This document shows, in pieces, positions 1 through 10,058 of a stretch of 64,000 nucleotides of DNA. A program made the position numbers and the translations under genes. The DNA comes from an uncultured Pelagibacteraceae bacterium. Lineage in GTDB: Bacteria; Pseudomonadota; Alphaproteobacteria; Pelagibacterales; Pelagibacteraceae. Under the pieces are notes generated by a model, which was given only the letters and a program-made list of their open reading frames with translations, was not told the DNA's origin and made no database searches. The stretch is taken from NCBI GenBank assembly GCA_902522365.1, contig CABYVH010000001.1, positions 727 to 64,726 on the forward strand, read 5' to 3'. How positions within the stretch are numbered: the first letter of the stretch is position 1; each line of letters opens with the position of its first letter.

Positions 1-840
1 GACAAATTGTAGAAAAACTGCAAAAATTATAATGCTTCCTCCTATTAATACGTAGAATGAAGGGTTTTCATTTACAAATAGCCAAGCCCAAAGAGGACCA
101 AGTATTGCCTCTGTAAGCATTATTATACCAACCATAGCTGATAGAGTTTTTCTCGCACCAATTGTTATTAAAATAAAGCCAAGTCCTATTTGAAAAGTCC
201 CAGACAAAAATGCCAAAAACATATCATTTATAGATATAGAAATTTTTGTTGAAGCTAAAAAACCTATTATCATTGCAACTATTCCTGCAACTAGTTGTAG
301 GGGTACCATATCGACATGAGGATATCTTCTTACAATTAAAATTAGAGTTGCAAACGTAATTGGCATAACAAAGGCAACAATATTTCCAGACATTTGTCCA
401 CTTGATAGAGTATTTCCTAGCATTAAAATTAATCCAGAAATTGCTAAAATAATAGAAGCTAAAGTAATTTTTGTAATTTTTTCTTTTAAAAAAAAATATC
501 CAAATATCGCTAAGAAAATTGTTTGTGTTTGTATTATGAAATTTGTATTTGCAACAGTAGTATTATACATAGCATAAACATAACTGCTAAATCCAATACC
601 CAATATAATTCCACCAATTATTCCAGGAATTCCCGATACATAAATTTTTTTAAGTACCTCTCCTTTGTAAGTTACAATTAAAAAAATAGTTACAACAATT
701 ATAAAAAAAACCTGTCTCCAAAATAAGATTTGCCATAAAGTTGATCCTTCAAATGATTTAACAATCAACCCACCAAAACTTAGACAAAATGCGCCAAAAA
801 AGATTAATAATGGACCTGGTATCTTTGAAATAAAATTCAT
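1..840 (-). CDS. DMT/EamA family transporter (3' end runs off the window)
   Basis: Not in the ORF track. Manual translation from ATG 840 gives MNFISKIPGPLLIFFGAFCLSFGGLIVKSFEGSTLWQILFWRQ..., a multi-TM EamA-like start. ATGA overlap with the pxpC stop. Confidence 0.85.
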   Translation of the reverse strand, partial: MNFISKIPGPLLIFFGAFCLSFGGLIVKSFEGSTLWQILFWRQVFFIIVVTIFLIVTYKGEVLKKIYVSGIPGIIGGIILGIGFSSYVYAMYNTTVANTNFIIQTQTIFLAIFGYFFLKEKITKITLASIILAISGLILMLGNTLSSGQMSGNIVAFVMPITFATLILIVRRYPHVDMVPLQLVAGIVAMIIGFLASTKISISINDMFLAFLSGTFQIGLGFILITIGARKTLSAMVGIIMLTEAILGPLWAWLFVNENPSFYVLIGGSIIIFAVFLQFV

Positions 841-1784
841 TTAATATTGGAAATCAAATTTTGAGTTTCCATCTCATACAACTTAAAAATAGTTTCCGCA
901 TCTTTTAAATTAATTTCTTTAAATTTAATTTTTGATCCTGGAGGTATTTGTACTAGTTTGTCATAATCAGCACTTATTACAACTCCAATCTTAGGGTAAC
1001 CTCCTATAGTTCCATGATCAGATAGCATAATTATTGGATCCCCATCTGCAGTGATTTGGATAACACCCTTCACTAGTCCTTCCGACTTTATATTTGTATT
1101 TTTAATATTATTAACCTTAGGTCCTTTAAGTCTTATTCCCATACGGTCGCTTAATTTGGTTACATTAAATTCATTACTAAAAAATGAATCAATTGCATCC
1201 TTTGAAAAATAATCGAAATGGGGTCCTTTTATTATTCTAATATTTTCAATTTTAGAATTTAGGTATTCTATTTTATTTTTTGGCAGTATTTTTTTTATAT
1301 TTTTTAATTGAATTATTTGCCCTATCTCAAGTTTTTTCCCACTATTTGCACCAATTTTAGCCTTAGTATTTGTAGAACAACTATTTAAATAATAATCTAC
1401 CTCAAATGTGCCTCCAATAGATAAATAACCATATACTGATCGATTGGTAGACAGTATGTCTAAGCAATCATTATTTTCTAAAACAATATTTTCGTAACAA
1501 CTAAACTTTAAATTTTTGTTTTTTCTTATAATTTTAAAATTAACATCTCCAGTAACATTGATGGAGATATTTTCTCCTATATATTTCAATTTTGGACCTT
1601 GATATGCAAATTCTAGGACCGGATTGTTTATTCCATTATTTGAAATGGTATTTGCTAATAAAAAATTCCTATTATCCATTGCTCCACTAAAAGGTATGCC
1701 TATGTGATAAAAATTATTTCTACCATTGTCTTGAAATGTAGAATTGACACCTGGTCGTAATACTTCAAAATAGTTTTTATTCAT
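837..1784 (-). CDS. pxpC: 5-oxoprolinase subunit C (allophanate hydrolase subunit 2 family)
   Basis: Motifs TFQDNGR, GIPFSGAMD, SDRMGIRL, DHGTIGGYPKIG. Start moved to ATG 1784, which overlaps the pxpB stop. Confidence 0.9.
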   Translation of the reverse strand: MNKNYFEVLRPGVNSTFQDNGRNNFYHIGIPFSGAMDNRNFLLANTISNNGINNPVLEFAYQGPKLKYIGENISINVTGDVNFKIIRKNKNLKFSCYENIVLENNDCLDILSTNRSVYGYLSIGGTFEVDYYLNSCSTNTKAKIGANSGKKLEIGQIIQLKNIKKILPKNKIEYLNSKIENIRIIKGPHFDYFSKDAIDSFFSNEFNVTKLSDRMGIRLKGPKVNNIKNTNIKSEGLVKGVIQITADGDPIIMLSDHGTIGGYPKIGVVISADYDKLVQIPPGSKIKFKEINLKDAETIFKLYEMETQNLISNIK

Positions 1785-2451
1785 ATTTTTTTTCATATTC
1801 TAGTTTAGAAATTGGGTAAAATGATATTGTATCACCTGGATTAATTAGATTTGGTTCAGTATTTTTTTTATTATCAAAAATATCAACTGGTGTTTTGCCA
1901 ATTATATTCCAACCACCTGGACTTTCAAAAGTATAAATATTACAAAATTGCTCTGTTACACCTATAGAATTTTTTGGTACTTTAACTCTTGGTGTTTCTA
2001 AACGCTTTGCAAAAAGAGATTTATCCATATCTCCTAGGAATGGCATTCCCGCAATAAAACCTGTCATATAACAATAATAATTTTTTGAAAAGAATGTTTC
2101 ATAAATTTTTTCTTCATTTATTTTTAATAATTTTTGTAAACGTTTTATATCTAGTGCAAATTCCTCTGCACAACAAACCGGGATTTTAATTAGATTATTT
2201 TTCGAATTATTTTTTTTTTTTAACTCTAAATTTTCAACTTGTTTTTTTAATTTAGCATAACTCGTAAGTTTTAAATCGAAACTAATTACTAGTTTATTAT
2301 AACTTGGTGTAATATTTGTAATACCTAAAAAATTACTATCTTTTAAATTATTAAAATGATTTATAACATTCCTGTTTATTTCTTTATTTACCTCAGAACC
2401 AAAGTCACAGTACAATGCTGCGTCACCAAGATTTGATATATTTTTAATCAT
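1777..2451 (-). CDS. pxpB: 5-oxoprolinase subunit B (KipI/AHS1 family)
   Basis: Motifs LGDAAL, PSYNKL, GFIAGMPFLG, RLETPRVKVP, ESPGGWNIIGKT. Confidence 0.9.
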   Translation of the reverse strand: MIKNISNLGDAALYCDFGSEVNKEINRNVINHFNNLKDSNFLGITNITPSYNKLVISFDLKLTSYAKLKKQVENLELKKKNNSKNNLIKIPVCCAEEFALDIKRLQKLLKINEEKIYETFFSKNYYCYMTGFIAGMPFLGDMDKSLFAKRLETPRVKVPKNSIGVTEQFCNIYTFESPGGWNIIGKTPVDIFDNKKNTEPNLINPGDTISFYPISKLEYEKKYE

Positions 2452-2478
2452 GTCATGTTATACTTTAAGCTTTATAGT
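2452..2478. promoter_or_regulatory. Very short divergent promoter region between pxpB and pxpA
   Basis: 27 bp between opposed ATGs. Extended -10-like TGtTATACT at 2456-2464 on +; TATAAA/TAAAGT hexamers on -. Confidence 0.5.
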
Positions 2479-3252
2479 ATGGAAATTAATTTAAATTGTG
2501 ATTTAGGTGAAAAATCAAAGCATCATTCAAACGAGAATGATCCCGATTTACTCAAAATAGTAAACTCTGCAAATGTGGCTTGTGGGTACCATGCTGGAGA
2601 TGAGGAAACTATGAGAGAAGTTGTAGAGATTTCAAAGCAAAATAATGTAAGTATTGGTGCACATCCATCTTTCAATGATCCAGAGAACTTTGGAAGAAAA
2701 CGGATTAATCTTGGAGCTAATGAGATTTCGAAGCTTTTAATAGATCAATATGAAATTTTACAAAATATTGCCATTAAATTAGATGAAAAGGTTTCTCATA
2801 TTAAACCACATGGAGCCTTGAATAATATGGCTTGTGAAGACTTTGAGCTAGCAACAATTTTAGCAAAAACTATTTATAGTATTGATAAAGATATAATTTA
2901 TTTAGTACCAACAGGTTCAAAAATGGAAATTGCAGCTAAAAAATTAAATATGAAAATTGCATGTGAAATTTTTGCAGATAGAAATTATGAAGATGACGGA
3001 ACGCTTGTGTCAAGAAGTAAGGATCATGCTCTAATAACTGATCCTGAGAAAGCTAAAGAGCACGTATTCAATATGGTAAAAAACCAAACTCTTAATTGTC
3101 ACAGTGGAAAACAAATACCTTGTGAAATCGATTCAATTTGCATACATGGAGATAACGCAAGTTCACTTTCGACTGCAAAACAGGTAAGAGAAAACTTGAT
3201 AAAAAATAATTTAGAATTAAAGCCTCTAAATAAAATGAAAAAATTTATATAA
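2479..3252 (+). CDS. pxpA: 5-oxoprolinase subunit A (LamB/YcsF)
   Basis: Motifs INLNCDLGE, SANVACGYHAGD, IGAHPSF, HIKPHGALNN, EIFADRNY, SICIHGD. Family start MEINLN at 2479. Confidence 0.93.
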   Translation: MEINLNCDLGEKSKHHSNENDPDLLKIVNSANVACGYHAGDEETMREVVEISKQNNVSIGAHPSFNDPENFGRKRINLGANEISKLLIDQYEILQNIAIKLDEKVSHIKPHGALNNMACEDFELATILAKTIYSIDKDIIYLVPTGSKMEIAAKKLNMKIACEIFADRNYEDDGTLVSRSKDHALITDPEKAKEHVFNMVKNQTLNCHSGKQIPCEIDSICIHGDNASSLSTAKQVRENLIKNNLELKPLNKMKKFI

Positions 3253-3254
3253 TT

Positions 3255-3734
3255 ATGATTAAAAACCTATTTACTTTTCTCATATTCTTTTTTTTAACTG
3301 TTGAAACTTTTGCTGCTGGAACTAGTTCGTCAGATAAAAAACCGAGCTATAAAAATGCTGTAAAAATAATTGAAGCTGCTAAGAAATATGAATCCAAAAA
3401 TAAAATGGATAAAGCATTAAAAAGATACGAAAAAGCTCAAAAAATTTTATTAAAACTCGACAAAGAAAAGCCCTTACAAGCTGATACACTAAACTATCTA
3501 GGTTTTACAACTAGAAAACTTGGGGACTTTGAAGCGGGAGAAAAATATTATTTGTTAGGTTTACAAATCGATCCAAAACATGTTGGTATAAATGAGTACT
3601 TAGGTGAATTATATGTTGTGACCAACAGAATTGATTTAGCAAAAGAAAGATTGGAAATTTTGAAAAGCTGTAATTGTGAAGAGTATCAAGACTTAAAAGA
3701 AATTATTGAAGGAACAAAAAAATCAAAATACTAA
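3255..3734 (+). CDS. Small exported TPR protein
   Basis: Signal peptide ending TFAA; TPR-like ADTLNYLGF...YYLLGLQIDPKHVGINEYLGELY; C-terminal CNCEE. Confidence 0.75.
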   Translation: MIKNLFTFLIFFFLTVETFAAGTSSSDKKPSYKNAVKIIEAAKKYESKNKMDKALKRYEKAQKILLKLDKEKPLQADTLNYLGFTTRKLGDFEAGEKYYLLGLQIDPKHVGINEYLGELYVVTNRIDLAKERLEILKSCNCEEYQDLKEIIEGTKKSKY

Positions 3735-5041
3735 TTGATATTTTGAATCATTTGTTCGGGCATCCATAAAGCGATTTGTGGGAACAGTACAATCAATAGA
3801 ACTGCAAAAATCATTAATAAAAATAATGGAAAGGCACTCTTTGCTATAAACCCCATGTCTTTGTTTGCCATTCCTTGTAATACAAAAAGATTAAAACCAA
3901 CAGGTGGTGTAATTTGAGCCATTTCTACAACAATGACTAAAAATATTCCAAACCAAATCATATCAAAACCTGCCTGCCTTATCATTGGTTCAATTATTGC
4001 CATTGTAAGGACAACTGCAGAAATTCCATCAAGAAACATCCCAAGAATTATGTAAAAAATCATTAATACAAATATTAATACATACGGTGATAACTCCATA
4101 TTCTGTATCCACAATGCTAGATTTCTGGGCAAACCTGTAAATCCCATAGCAAGTGACAAGAAAGTTGCCCCAGCTAAAATAAATGCAATCATACATGAAG
4201 TTTTAGTTGCTCCAAGCAATGAGTCTTTAAATGTTTTTAAAGTTAAACTCTTTTGAAAATAAGAGAGAATTAAAGCTCCAACAACACCTAAAGATGCAGC
4301 CTCTGTTGCTGTTGCTATACCAGTATATATTGAACCAATCACGCTAAGTATTAATAAAATTACTGGAATTAATTGTTTGGATTTACTTAGTTTATTTAAA
4401 AATGAAAAATTTTCATAGTTAGTTGGCATTTTATTTTTATTTAATAAAGACCAAACAATTACATAGCCCATAAAGATTAGAGCAATCATTATCCCTGGAA
4501 TTATTCCAGCTATAAAAAGTTTTGCAATTGATTCTTGAACGGTCACACCATAAATAATTAAAATTATTGAGGGTGGAATTAAAAGACCTAAAGTTCCTGA
4601 ACCTGCCAAACTTCCAAGCAAAATTTTTTCAGGATATTTTCTTTTTCTTAGTTCTGGAATTGACATTTTTCCAACTGTAGCAACTGTTGCAGCAGATGAT
4701 CCAGAGATAGCTGCAAACAAGGCACAACCAACAACATTAACATGTATCAAACCTCCTGGTAACTTCTGAAGCCATGGAGCCAATCCCTCAAATAAATTTT
4801 CTGATAATTTAGTTCTAAAAAGAATTTCACCCATCCACACAAATAATGGTAATGCTGTTAGCGTCCACGATGATGAAGCTCCCCATATAGTTGTGGCCAT
4901 CGCATCTCCTACTGGTCTAGAAGTAAACAAAATCATACCTATTGAAGATACCCCGACCATACTGATGGCTACCCATATCCCAGATCCTAAAAAAAATAGT
5001 AAAACACTAATAAAAAAAAATGCTAATAAAATTTCAATCAT
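3731..5041 (-). CDS. dctM: TRAP transporter large permease
   Basis: Motifs ALPLFVWMG, FAAISGSSAAT, GTLGLLIPPS, TATEAA, QITPPVGFNLF. Confidence 0.95.
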   Translation of the reverse strand: MIEILLAFFFISVLLFFLGSGIWVAISMVGVSSIGMILFTSRPVGDAMATTIWGASSSWTLTALPLFVWMGEILFRTKLSENLFEGLAPWLQKLPGGLIHVNVVGCALFAAISGSSAATVATVGKMSIPELRKRKYPEKILLGSLAGSGTLGLLIPPSIILIIYGVTVQESIAKLFIAGIIPGIMIALIFMGYVIVWSLLNKNKMPTNYENFSFLNKLSKSKQLIPVILLILSVIGSIYTGIATATEAASLGVVGALILSYFQKSLTLKTFKDSLLGATKTSCMIAFILAGATFLSLAMGFTGLPRNLALWIQNMELSPYVLIFVLMIFYIILGMFLDGISAVVLTMAIIEPMIRQAGFDMIWFGIFLVIVVEMAQITPPVGFNLFVLQGMANKDMGFIAKSAFPLFLLMIFAVLLIVLFPQIALWMPEQMIQNIN

Positions 5042-5522
5042 ACTTATTAACTATTCTTAAAATTAATTGATGAAAGACACATATAAAAAATAATAATGAG
5101 CCAATTGCTACACTTGATTGAGGTATCCAAATTAAAATTTCGTCGGCACCTTCACTTCTTTCTTGAAATTCATAAGATATCTTTAACATTTTAAGGAAAT
5201 AAAAGGTCATATATCCTGAAAAAATAGATGCAATGATTAAACTCCAAATTTCTAGAAACTTTTTTCTTAGGTCAGTAGCTTTTTCTAAAAATAATGTGAT
5301 CCTTATATGGCCTCCATTTACAAAAGTGTATGAAAGTGCAAAAAATGAGGAAGCTGCCATACAGTAACCAGAATACTCAGCTAAACCTCTTATATAAAAA
5401 CCAAACATTCTTGAGGCAATTCCAGTTAAAATAAAAACTGCTATCAAAATTAAAAAAAACGCAGCGATATATCCTGAGAAATTATAAAGATTATTTAAAG
5501 ATTTATTAATTTTTTGTAACAT
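5034..5522 (-). CDS. dctQ: TRAP transporter small permease
   Basis: Four TM segments and the GGHIRI motif; lies between dctP and dctM. Confidence 0.9.
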   Translation of the reverse strand: MLQKINKSLNNLYNFSGYIAAFFLILIAVFILTGIASRMFGFYIRGLAEYSGYCMAASSFFALSYTFVNGGHIRITLFLEKATDLRKKFLEIWSLIIASIFSGYMTFYFLKMLKISYEFQERSEGADEILIWIPQSSVAIGSLLFFICVFHQLILRIVNKYD

Positions 5523-5551
5523 AAAAAAGGCCGTTTTTTTAAACGGCCTTT
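5523..5551 (-). terminator. Intrinsic terminator/stabilising hairpin after dctP
   Basis: AAAGGCCGTTT-tttt-AAACGGCCTTT stem (5526-5536/5541-5551), with a U-tract on the - strand. Confidence 0.8.
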
Positions 5552-5566
5552 CTTATTATATTAATT

Positions 5567-6538
5567 TTATTTGTAAGCAGCAAGTACGCTAGCTCCTGTT
5601 TTGCCAGCCTTTTTCTTCCATTCCTTTGCCATTTTTTTTCCAACTTTTTGGAAATGTTTTTCTAAATCAGCGTTTACTTTGCCCACAGTCATTCCTGCAG
5701 CAGCTAAAGCTTTTTTATCCTCAATATTTCCAACTCTAGAAAGCATCCAACCTTTTTCTTCTGCAGCAGTTGCTTCTTTCATTATTAGTTTTTGAGTATC
5801 TGCATCTAGTTTGTTCCAAGATCCTCTATGAGCAACTACCATATTTTTTGGGAACCAAGCAGCTATATCATAGAAATATTTTACTCCATTCTCCCAAATT
5901 TTACTATTTTTTCCAGTAGTTGGCGAAGTAATCATGCTCTCAACTGCTCCAGTTGAAAATGCTTGACTTATTTCTGCAGCTTCAATTTTTGTTGGAGCCA
6001 TACCAGTAAGTTCAGCAATTCTAATTGTTGCTGAATTATAAGCTCTAAATTTTAAACCTTGTAAATCTGAAACACTATTAATCTCGTTTTTACTATACAA
6101 ACCTTGTGCAGGCCATGGCACAGCATACAAAAATACCAATCCTTTTTGGCTTAAGCTTTCTATGATTGCTGGTTTCGATGCTTGGTAAAGTTTCATAGCA
6201 TCATCGTAAGATGTTGCTAAGAATGGTTGTGAGTCAATCTCAAGAATAGGATCTACTTTTCCAAGAGCCGACATAAATCTCTCTCCCATTTGAGCTTGAC
6301 CAGTTCTAACAGCTCTAAAGATTTCTCCACCTTTAAATAATGATCCACCAGGATGAGTTACAATTGTTAATTTACCTCCACTTTTTTCTGAAACGTTTTT
6401 AGCAAATTCTGCAGCATTAGCTGAATGAAAATTACTTGCACCATAAGCTAAAGCCATATCCCACTTCTCAGCAGCATTTACGTTAGCTGTTAACAAAACA
6501 GAAAATAAAATAGAAATTAAAGTTTTTAAATTTTTCAT
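5567..6538 (-). CDS. dctP: TRAP solute-binding protein, likely pyroglutamate-binding (DctP6/7-like)
   Basis: Signal peptide; motifs KWDMALAY..SNFH, SGGKL, PFLATSY, WPAQG, GLKFRAY, AWFPKN. Strong RBS AAGGAGG. Confidence 0.9.
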   Translation of the reverse strand: MKNLKTLISILFSVLLTANVNAAEKWDMALAYGASNFHSANAAEFAKNVSEKSGGKLTIVTHPGGSLFKGGEIFRAVRTGQAQMGERFMSALGKVDPILEIDSQPFLATSYDDAMKLYQASKPAIIESLSQKGLVFLYAVPWPAQGLYSKNEINSVSDLQGLKFRAYNSATIRIAELTGMAPTKIEAAEISQAFSTGAVESMITSPTTGKNSKIWENGVKYFYDIAAWFPKNMVVAHRGSWNKLDADTQKLIMKEATAAEEKGWMLSRVGNIEDKKALAAAGMTVGKVNADLEKHFQKVGKKMAKEWKKKAGKTGASVLAAYK

Positions 6539-6652
6539 TAATCCTCCTTATTTTTAAAAAAATACATCTGATTATGTATTATTTGTTAAATCAATAGAAA
6601 ATTTTCTAAGTTTTATTGAAAAATAAGAAAATATTACTATTATAAAGTTACT

Positions 6653-7267
6653 TTGATCGAAGAAGCCCTTATTTTACTACAAATTATATTTATAAATATA
6701 ATTTTAACTGCTGATAATGCCATAATAATTGGCCTTATCGCATCTAATTTTGTCCCTAAAAATAGAAAAAAAATTATATTTTGGGGAGTAGTTGGGGCTT
6801 TAGTCTTTAAAGTTTTATTTGCAGTATTTGCTACATATTTATTCAAATTTTACTTTATAAAAATTCTAGGAGGTTTGCTGTTAATTTGGATAGTTAACGA
6901 TTTAAGAAAAGATCTTTTACAAGTTCAAAAGCAATCTAAATCACCTACAAAAAAATCTTTAGAACCATCATTTGCTAAGGGTATGTATAAAGTACTTTTT
7001 GCAGATATTACAATTAGTTTCGATAATGTTATAGGTGTTGTTGGGGCTTCTAAGGGTAACTTTGGATTCATGATTTTTGGTTTAATTTTATCTGTAGTAC
7101 TTACAGGTGCAATGGCCACTTATTTAGCTAATTATGTACAGAAACATTTATGGGTCGTCTATGTTGGAATGGCATTTATTCTTATATTAGCAATACAACT
7201 TATTATTGGAGGACTTGTAGACTTAGAAATTTTAAATATAAACGAAGAGTTTAAAAAATATTTTTAA
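6653..7267 (+). CDS. TerC/YjbE family membrane protein
   Basis: Motifs ILTADNAIII and ADITISFDNVIGV; TTG start. Confidence 0.85.
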   Translation: MIEEALILLQIIFINIILTADNAIIIGLIASNFVPKNRKKIIFWGVVGALVFKVLFAVFATYLFKFYFIKILGGLLLIWIVNDLRKDLLQVQKQSKSPTKKSLEPSFAKGMYKVLFADITISFDNVIGVVGASKGNFGFMIFGLILSVVLTGAMATYLANYVQKHLWVVYVGMAFILILAIQLIIGGLVDLEILNINEEFKKYF

Positions 7268-8043
7268 TAAGAATATTTAATTGATGGGTATGAGCCTTTC
7301 TTAACATCTAATTTAAATTTTTTAACTGCTTTCCTTACATTACTTTTCAAATCAGCATATTTTTTTACAAATTTTATTTTATTATCTGTTAGTCCCAATA
7401 AATCATCTGTAACTAAAATCTGACCATCACAAAAATTTGATGAGCCTATCCCTATTGTAGGAATGTTAATTGATTCTGTAATTTTTTTTGAAACTTTTTT
7501 TTCAATACATTCTAAAACAATTGCAAATACTCCAGCATCTTCTAAGGATATGGAATCTTTTAACAAATTTTTTTTTTCTATATCTGTTTTACCTTTGTAT
7601 CTAAATTTTCCTCTTACAGATTGTGGTGTTATACCTATATGGCCCATCACAGGAATTTTATATTTTATTAAATGTTTAACAATTTCATTAATTTTTGCCC
7701 CTCCTTCTAATTTTATGCCATCACATTTTGTTTCTTTCATTACTTTTTTACAATTCTTAAGTGCTTGAGATTTATTTTTGTATGTATTGAAAGGCATGTC
7801 AACAATCAATAAACTTTTTTTAACTCCTTTTCTTACACTCTTGGAATGCTCAATCATCATTGATAAATTTACTTTTCTTGTGGTTTCAAAATTATATAAA
7901 ACTGAACCCAAAGAGTCCCCAACAAGTATTAAATCTGTGAAGTTATCAATCTCTTCAGCTATATTTTTTGAATAAGCAGTTAAACAAACAATTTTTGACT
8001 TATTTTTTTTTTTAAGAACTAGCCTACTCATTTTTGTAAGCAT
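7264..8043 (-). CDS. panB: 3-methyl-2-oxobutanoate hydroxymethyltransferase
   Basis: Motifs CLTAY, LVGDSLG, VDMPF, KLEGG, GHIGITPQ, IGIG..CDGQILV. Confidence 0.95.
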   Translation of the reverse strand: MLTKMSRLVLKKKNKSKIVCLTAYSKNIAEEIDNFTDLILVGDSLGSVLYNFETTRKVNLSMMIEHSKSVRKGVKKSLLIVDMPFNTYKNKSQALKNCKKVMKETKCDGIKLEGGAKINEIVKHLIKYKIPVMGHIGITPQSVRGKFRYKGKTDIEKKNLLKDSISLEDAGVFAIVLECIEKKVSKKITESINIPTIGIGSSNFCDGQILVTDDLLGLTDNKIKFVKKYADLKSNVRKAVKKFKLDVKKGSYPSIKYSY

Positions 8044-8053
8044 AAATATCTGC

Positions 8054-8473
8054 TTACCAAGTACCCTTATTTTCCATAGATTTCCAGGGTTCTATGGGTT
8101 CTAAGTTACCTTCTTGAAGAATTTCAACTGATATTTTATCTGGAGATCTTACAAAAGCCATGTGACCATCTCTAGGAGGTCTGTTTATTGTGTAACCCAT
8201 ATCTTTTAATCTCTGACAAGTCTCATAAATATTATCAACTCTGTAAGCTAAATGTCCAAAATTTCTTGATCCTTCACCTAAATTGTCTCCATCCCAATTA
8301 TAGGTTAATTCTATTTCTGCACTTTCATCATTTGGAGCTGCAAGAAAAACTAGTGTGTATCTTCCTTTTTCATTTTCTATTCTTTTTGTTTCTTTTAATC
8401 CTAAGCCATCACAAAAAAATTTAAGTGAGTCTTCAATATTTGAGACTCTGATCATTGTATGTAAATATTTCAT
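8054..8473 (-). CDS. gloA: Lactoylglutathione lyase (glyoxalase I, VOC family)
   Basis: Motifs YLHTMIRV, EIELTYNW, FGHLAY, FVRSPD..SVE. Confidence 0.9.
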   Translation of the reverse strand: MKYLHTMIRVSNIEDSLKFFCDGLGLKETKRIENEKGRYTLVFLAAPNDESAEIELTYNWDGDNLGEGSRNFGHLAYRVDNIYETCQRLKDMGYTINRPPRDGHMAFVRSPDKISVEILQEGNLEPIEPWKSMENKGTW

Positions 8474-8495
8474 ATGATTTACTTATATAGTCTTA

Positions 8496-10058
8496 TTACT
8501 CCAATTCAATAGTGCTTGGTGGCTTAGAAGTAATATCATAAACTACTCTATTAATACCTCTAATATTATTTACAATTTGATTAGATATTGACTGCATGAA
8601 GGATTTTTTAAATTGAAAGAAATCTGCCGTCATACCATCTTCTGAGGTTATTGCTCTTAACAGACAAAGATATTCATAAGTTCTATTGTCACCCATTACA
8701 CCAACAGTCTTAACAGGAAGTAAGGCAGCGTAAGCCTGCCAAATCTTATCATATAAATTATTGTCTTTTAAAGATTTGATGAAGTAATTGTCTGCCTCTT
8801 TTAAAATTTTTATTTTTTCTTTGGTGATTATACCAGGCATTCTAATTGCAAGACCTGGTCCTGGAAATGGGTGTCTAGATATTATTTCATTACTTAATCC
8901 AAGTTCTAATCCTAGTTTTCTAACTTCATCTTTAAAAAGATATTTAAGTGGTTCGACTAATTTAAGTTTCATTTTTTTTGGCAAACCTCCCACATTGTGA
9001 TGAGATTTAATTTTTGACGTTTGGCTTCCTGTTACAGACTTACTTTCAATTAGATCAGGGTACAAAGTTCCTTGGGCTAAGAATTTTACATTTTTAATTT
9101 TATTTGAATATTTTTCAAAAATATTAATAAAAAGATTTCCTATTATTTTTCTTTTTTTCTCCGGATCAGAAATATTTTTTAATTTAGATAAAAATAAATT
9201 TTCTGCATTTACATAGATTAGATTAATTTTAAATCTCTTCTTGAATGTGTTTACAACTTCCTTTTCTTCATCTTTTCTAAGTAAACCAGTATTAACAAAT
9301 ATACATATTAGTTTTTTCCCTATGGCATTTGACAGTAATTTAGCAACTACACTGCTATCAACACCTCCAGATAGTGCACAAATAACCTTTGAATTTCCTA
9401 CGCTATTTCTTACTTCATTTATTAATTTTTTTTTCTGATCTCTTGAAGACCAATTTTTAGTTAATTTACATATAGAAAATAAAAAATTTTTAAGTAATAA
9501 CTTTCCTTTGATAGTATGGCTTACTTCTGGGTGAAATTGAATACCAAACACTTTTTTTTCTACATTTTCAATAATACACATTTTAGAATTTATACTTTGT
9601 GCAATTATTTTAAAATTTTTTGGTAATTTTGTTACCTGATCTGCATGGCTCATCCATACATTATTTTTTCCCTTTAAAAAAAAATTTTTGGTCAACTTGC
9701 TTTTTCTAGTTTCTTTTACTTCAGCAAGACCAAATTCTCTATGTTTAGAGCTTCTTACACTTCCTCCCATTGCTTTTGAAATAATTTGATGGCCAAAACA
9801 TATGCCTAGGATAGGTACTCCTAGTTTAAGAATTTTATTATTAAATTTTACTTTTTTGCTCTCATACACATTTAAAGGACCACCAGATAAAACTATTCCT
9901 TTAATATTTTTTTCAAACTTTGTGAATTTTTCTATTTTTTTGTGACTTACTATCTCACAATAAATACCCAGTTCTCTGATTTTTCTTGCAATTAACTGTG
10001 TAAATTGGGAACCAAAGTCTACAATTAGTATTTTATTGAGAGTGTCCTCAAGACGCAT
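8496..10058 (-). CDS. guaA: GMP synthase (glutamine-hydrolysing)
   Basis: Motifs [54 protein letters not shown]. First ATG at 10058. Confidence 0.97.
   Translation of the reverse strand: MRLEDTLNKILIVDFGSQFTQLIARKIRELGIYCEIVSHKKIEKFTKFEKNIKGIVLSGGPLNVYESKKVKFNNKILKLGVPILGICFGHQIISKAMGGSVRSSKHREFGLAEVKETRKSKLTKNFFLKGKNNVWMSHADQVTKLPKNFKIIAQSINSKMCIIENVEKKVFGIQFHPEVSHTIKGKLLLKNFLFSICKLTKNWSSRDQKKKLINEVRNSVGNSKVICALSGGVDSSVVAKLLSNAIGKKLICIFVNTGLLRKDEEKEVVNTFKKRFKINLIYVNAENLFLSKLKNISDPEKKRKIIGNLFINIFEKYSNKIKNVKFLAQGTLYPDLIESKSVTGSQTSKIKSHHNVGGLPKKMKLKLVEPLKYLFKDEVRKLGLELGLSNEIISRHPFPGPGLAIRMPGIITKEKIKILKEADNYFIKSLKDNNLYDKIWQAYAALLPVKTVGVMGDNRTYEYLCLLRAITSEDGMTADFFQFKKSFMQSISNQIVNNIRGINRVVYDITSKPPSTIELE

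Noticed and set aside
2210-2221. T12 homopolymer in pxpB (also T12 at 61096-61107 in murEF) as phase-variation tracts
   Set aside because: Frames are intact, the tracts encode Lys runs, and such runs are common throughout this AT-rich sequence, including in essential genes.
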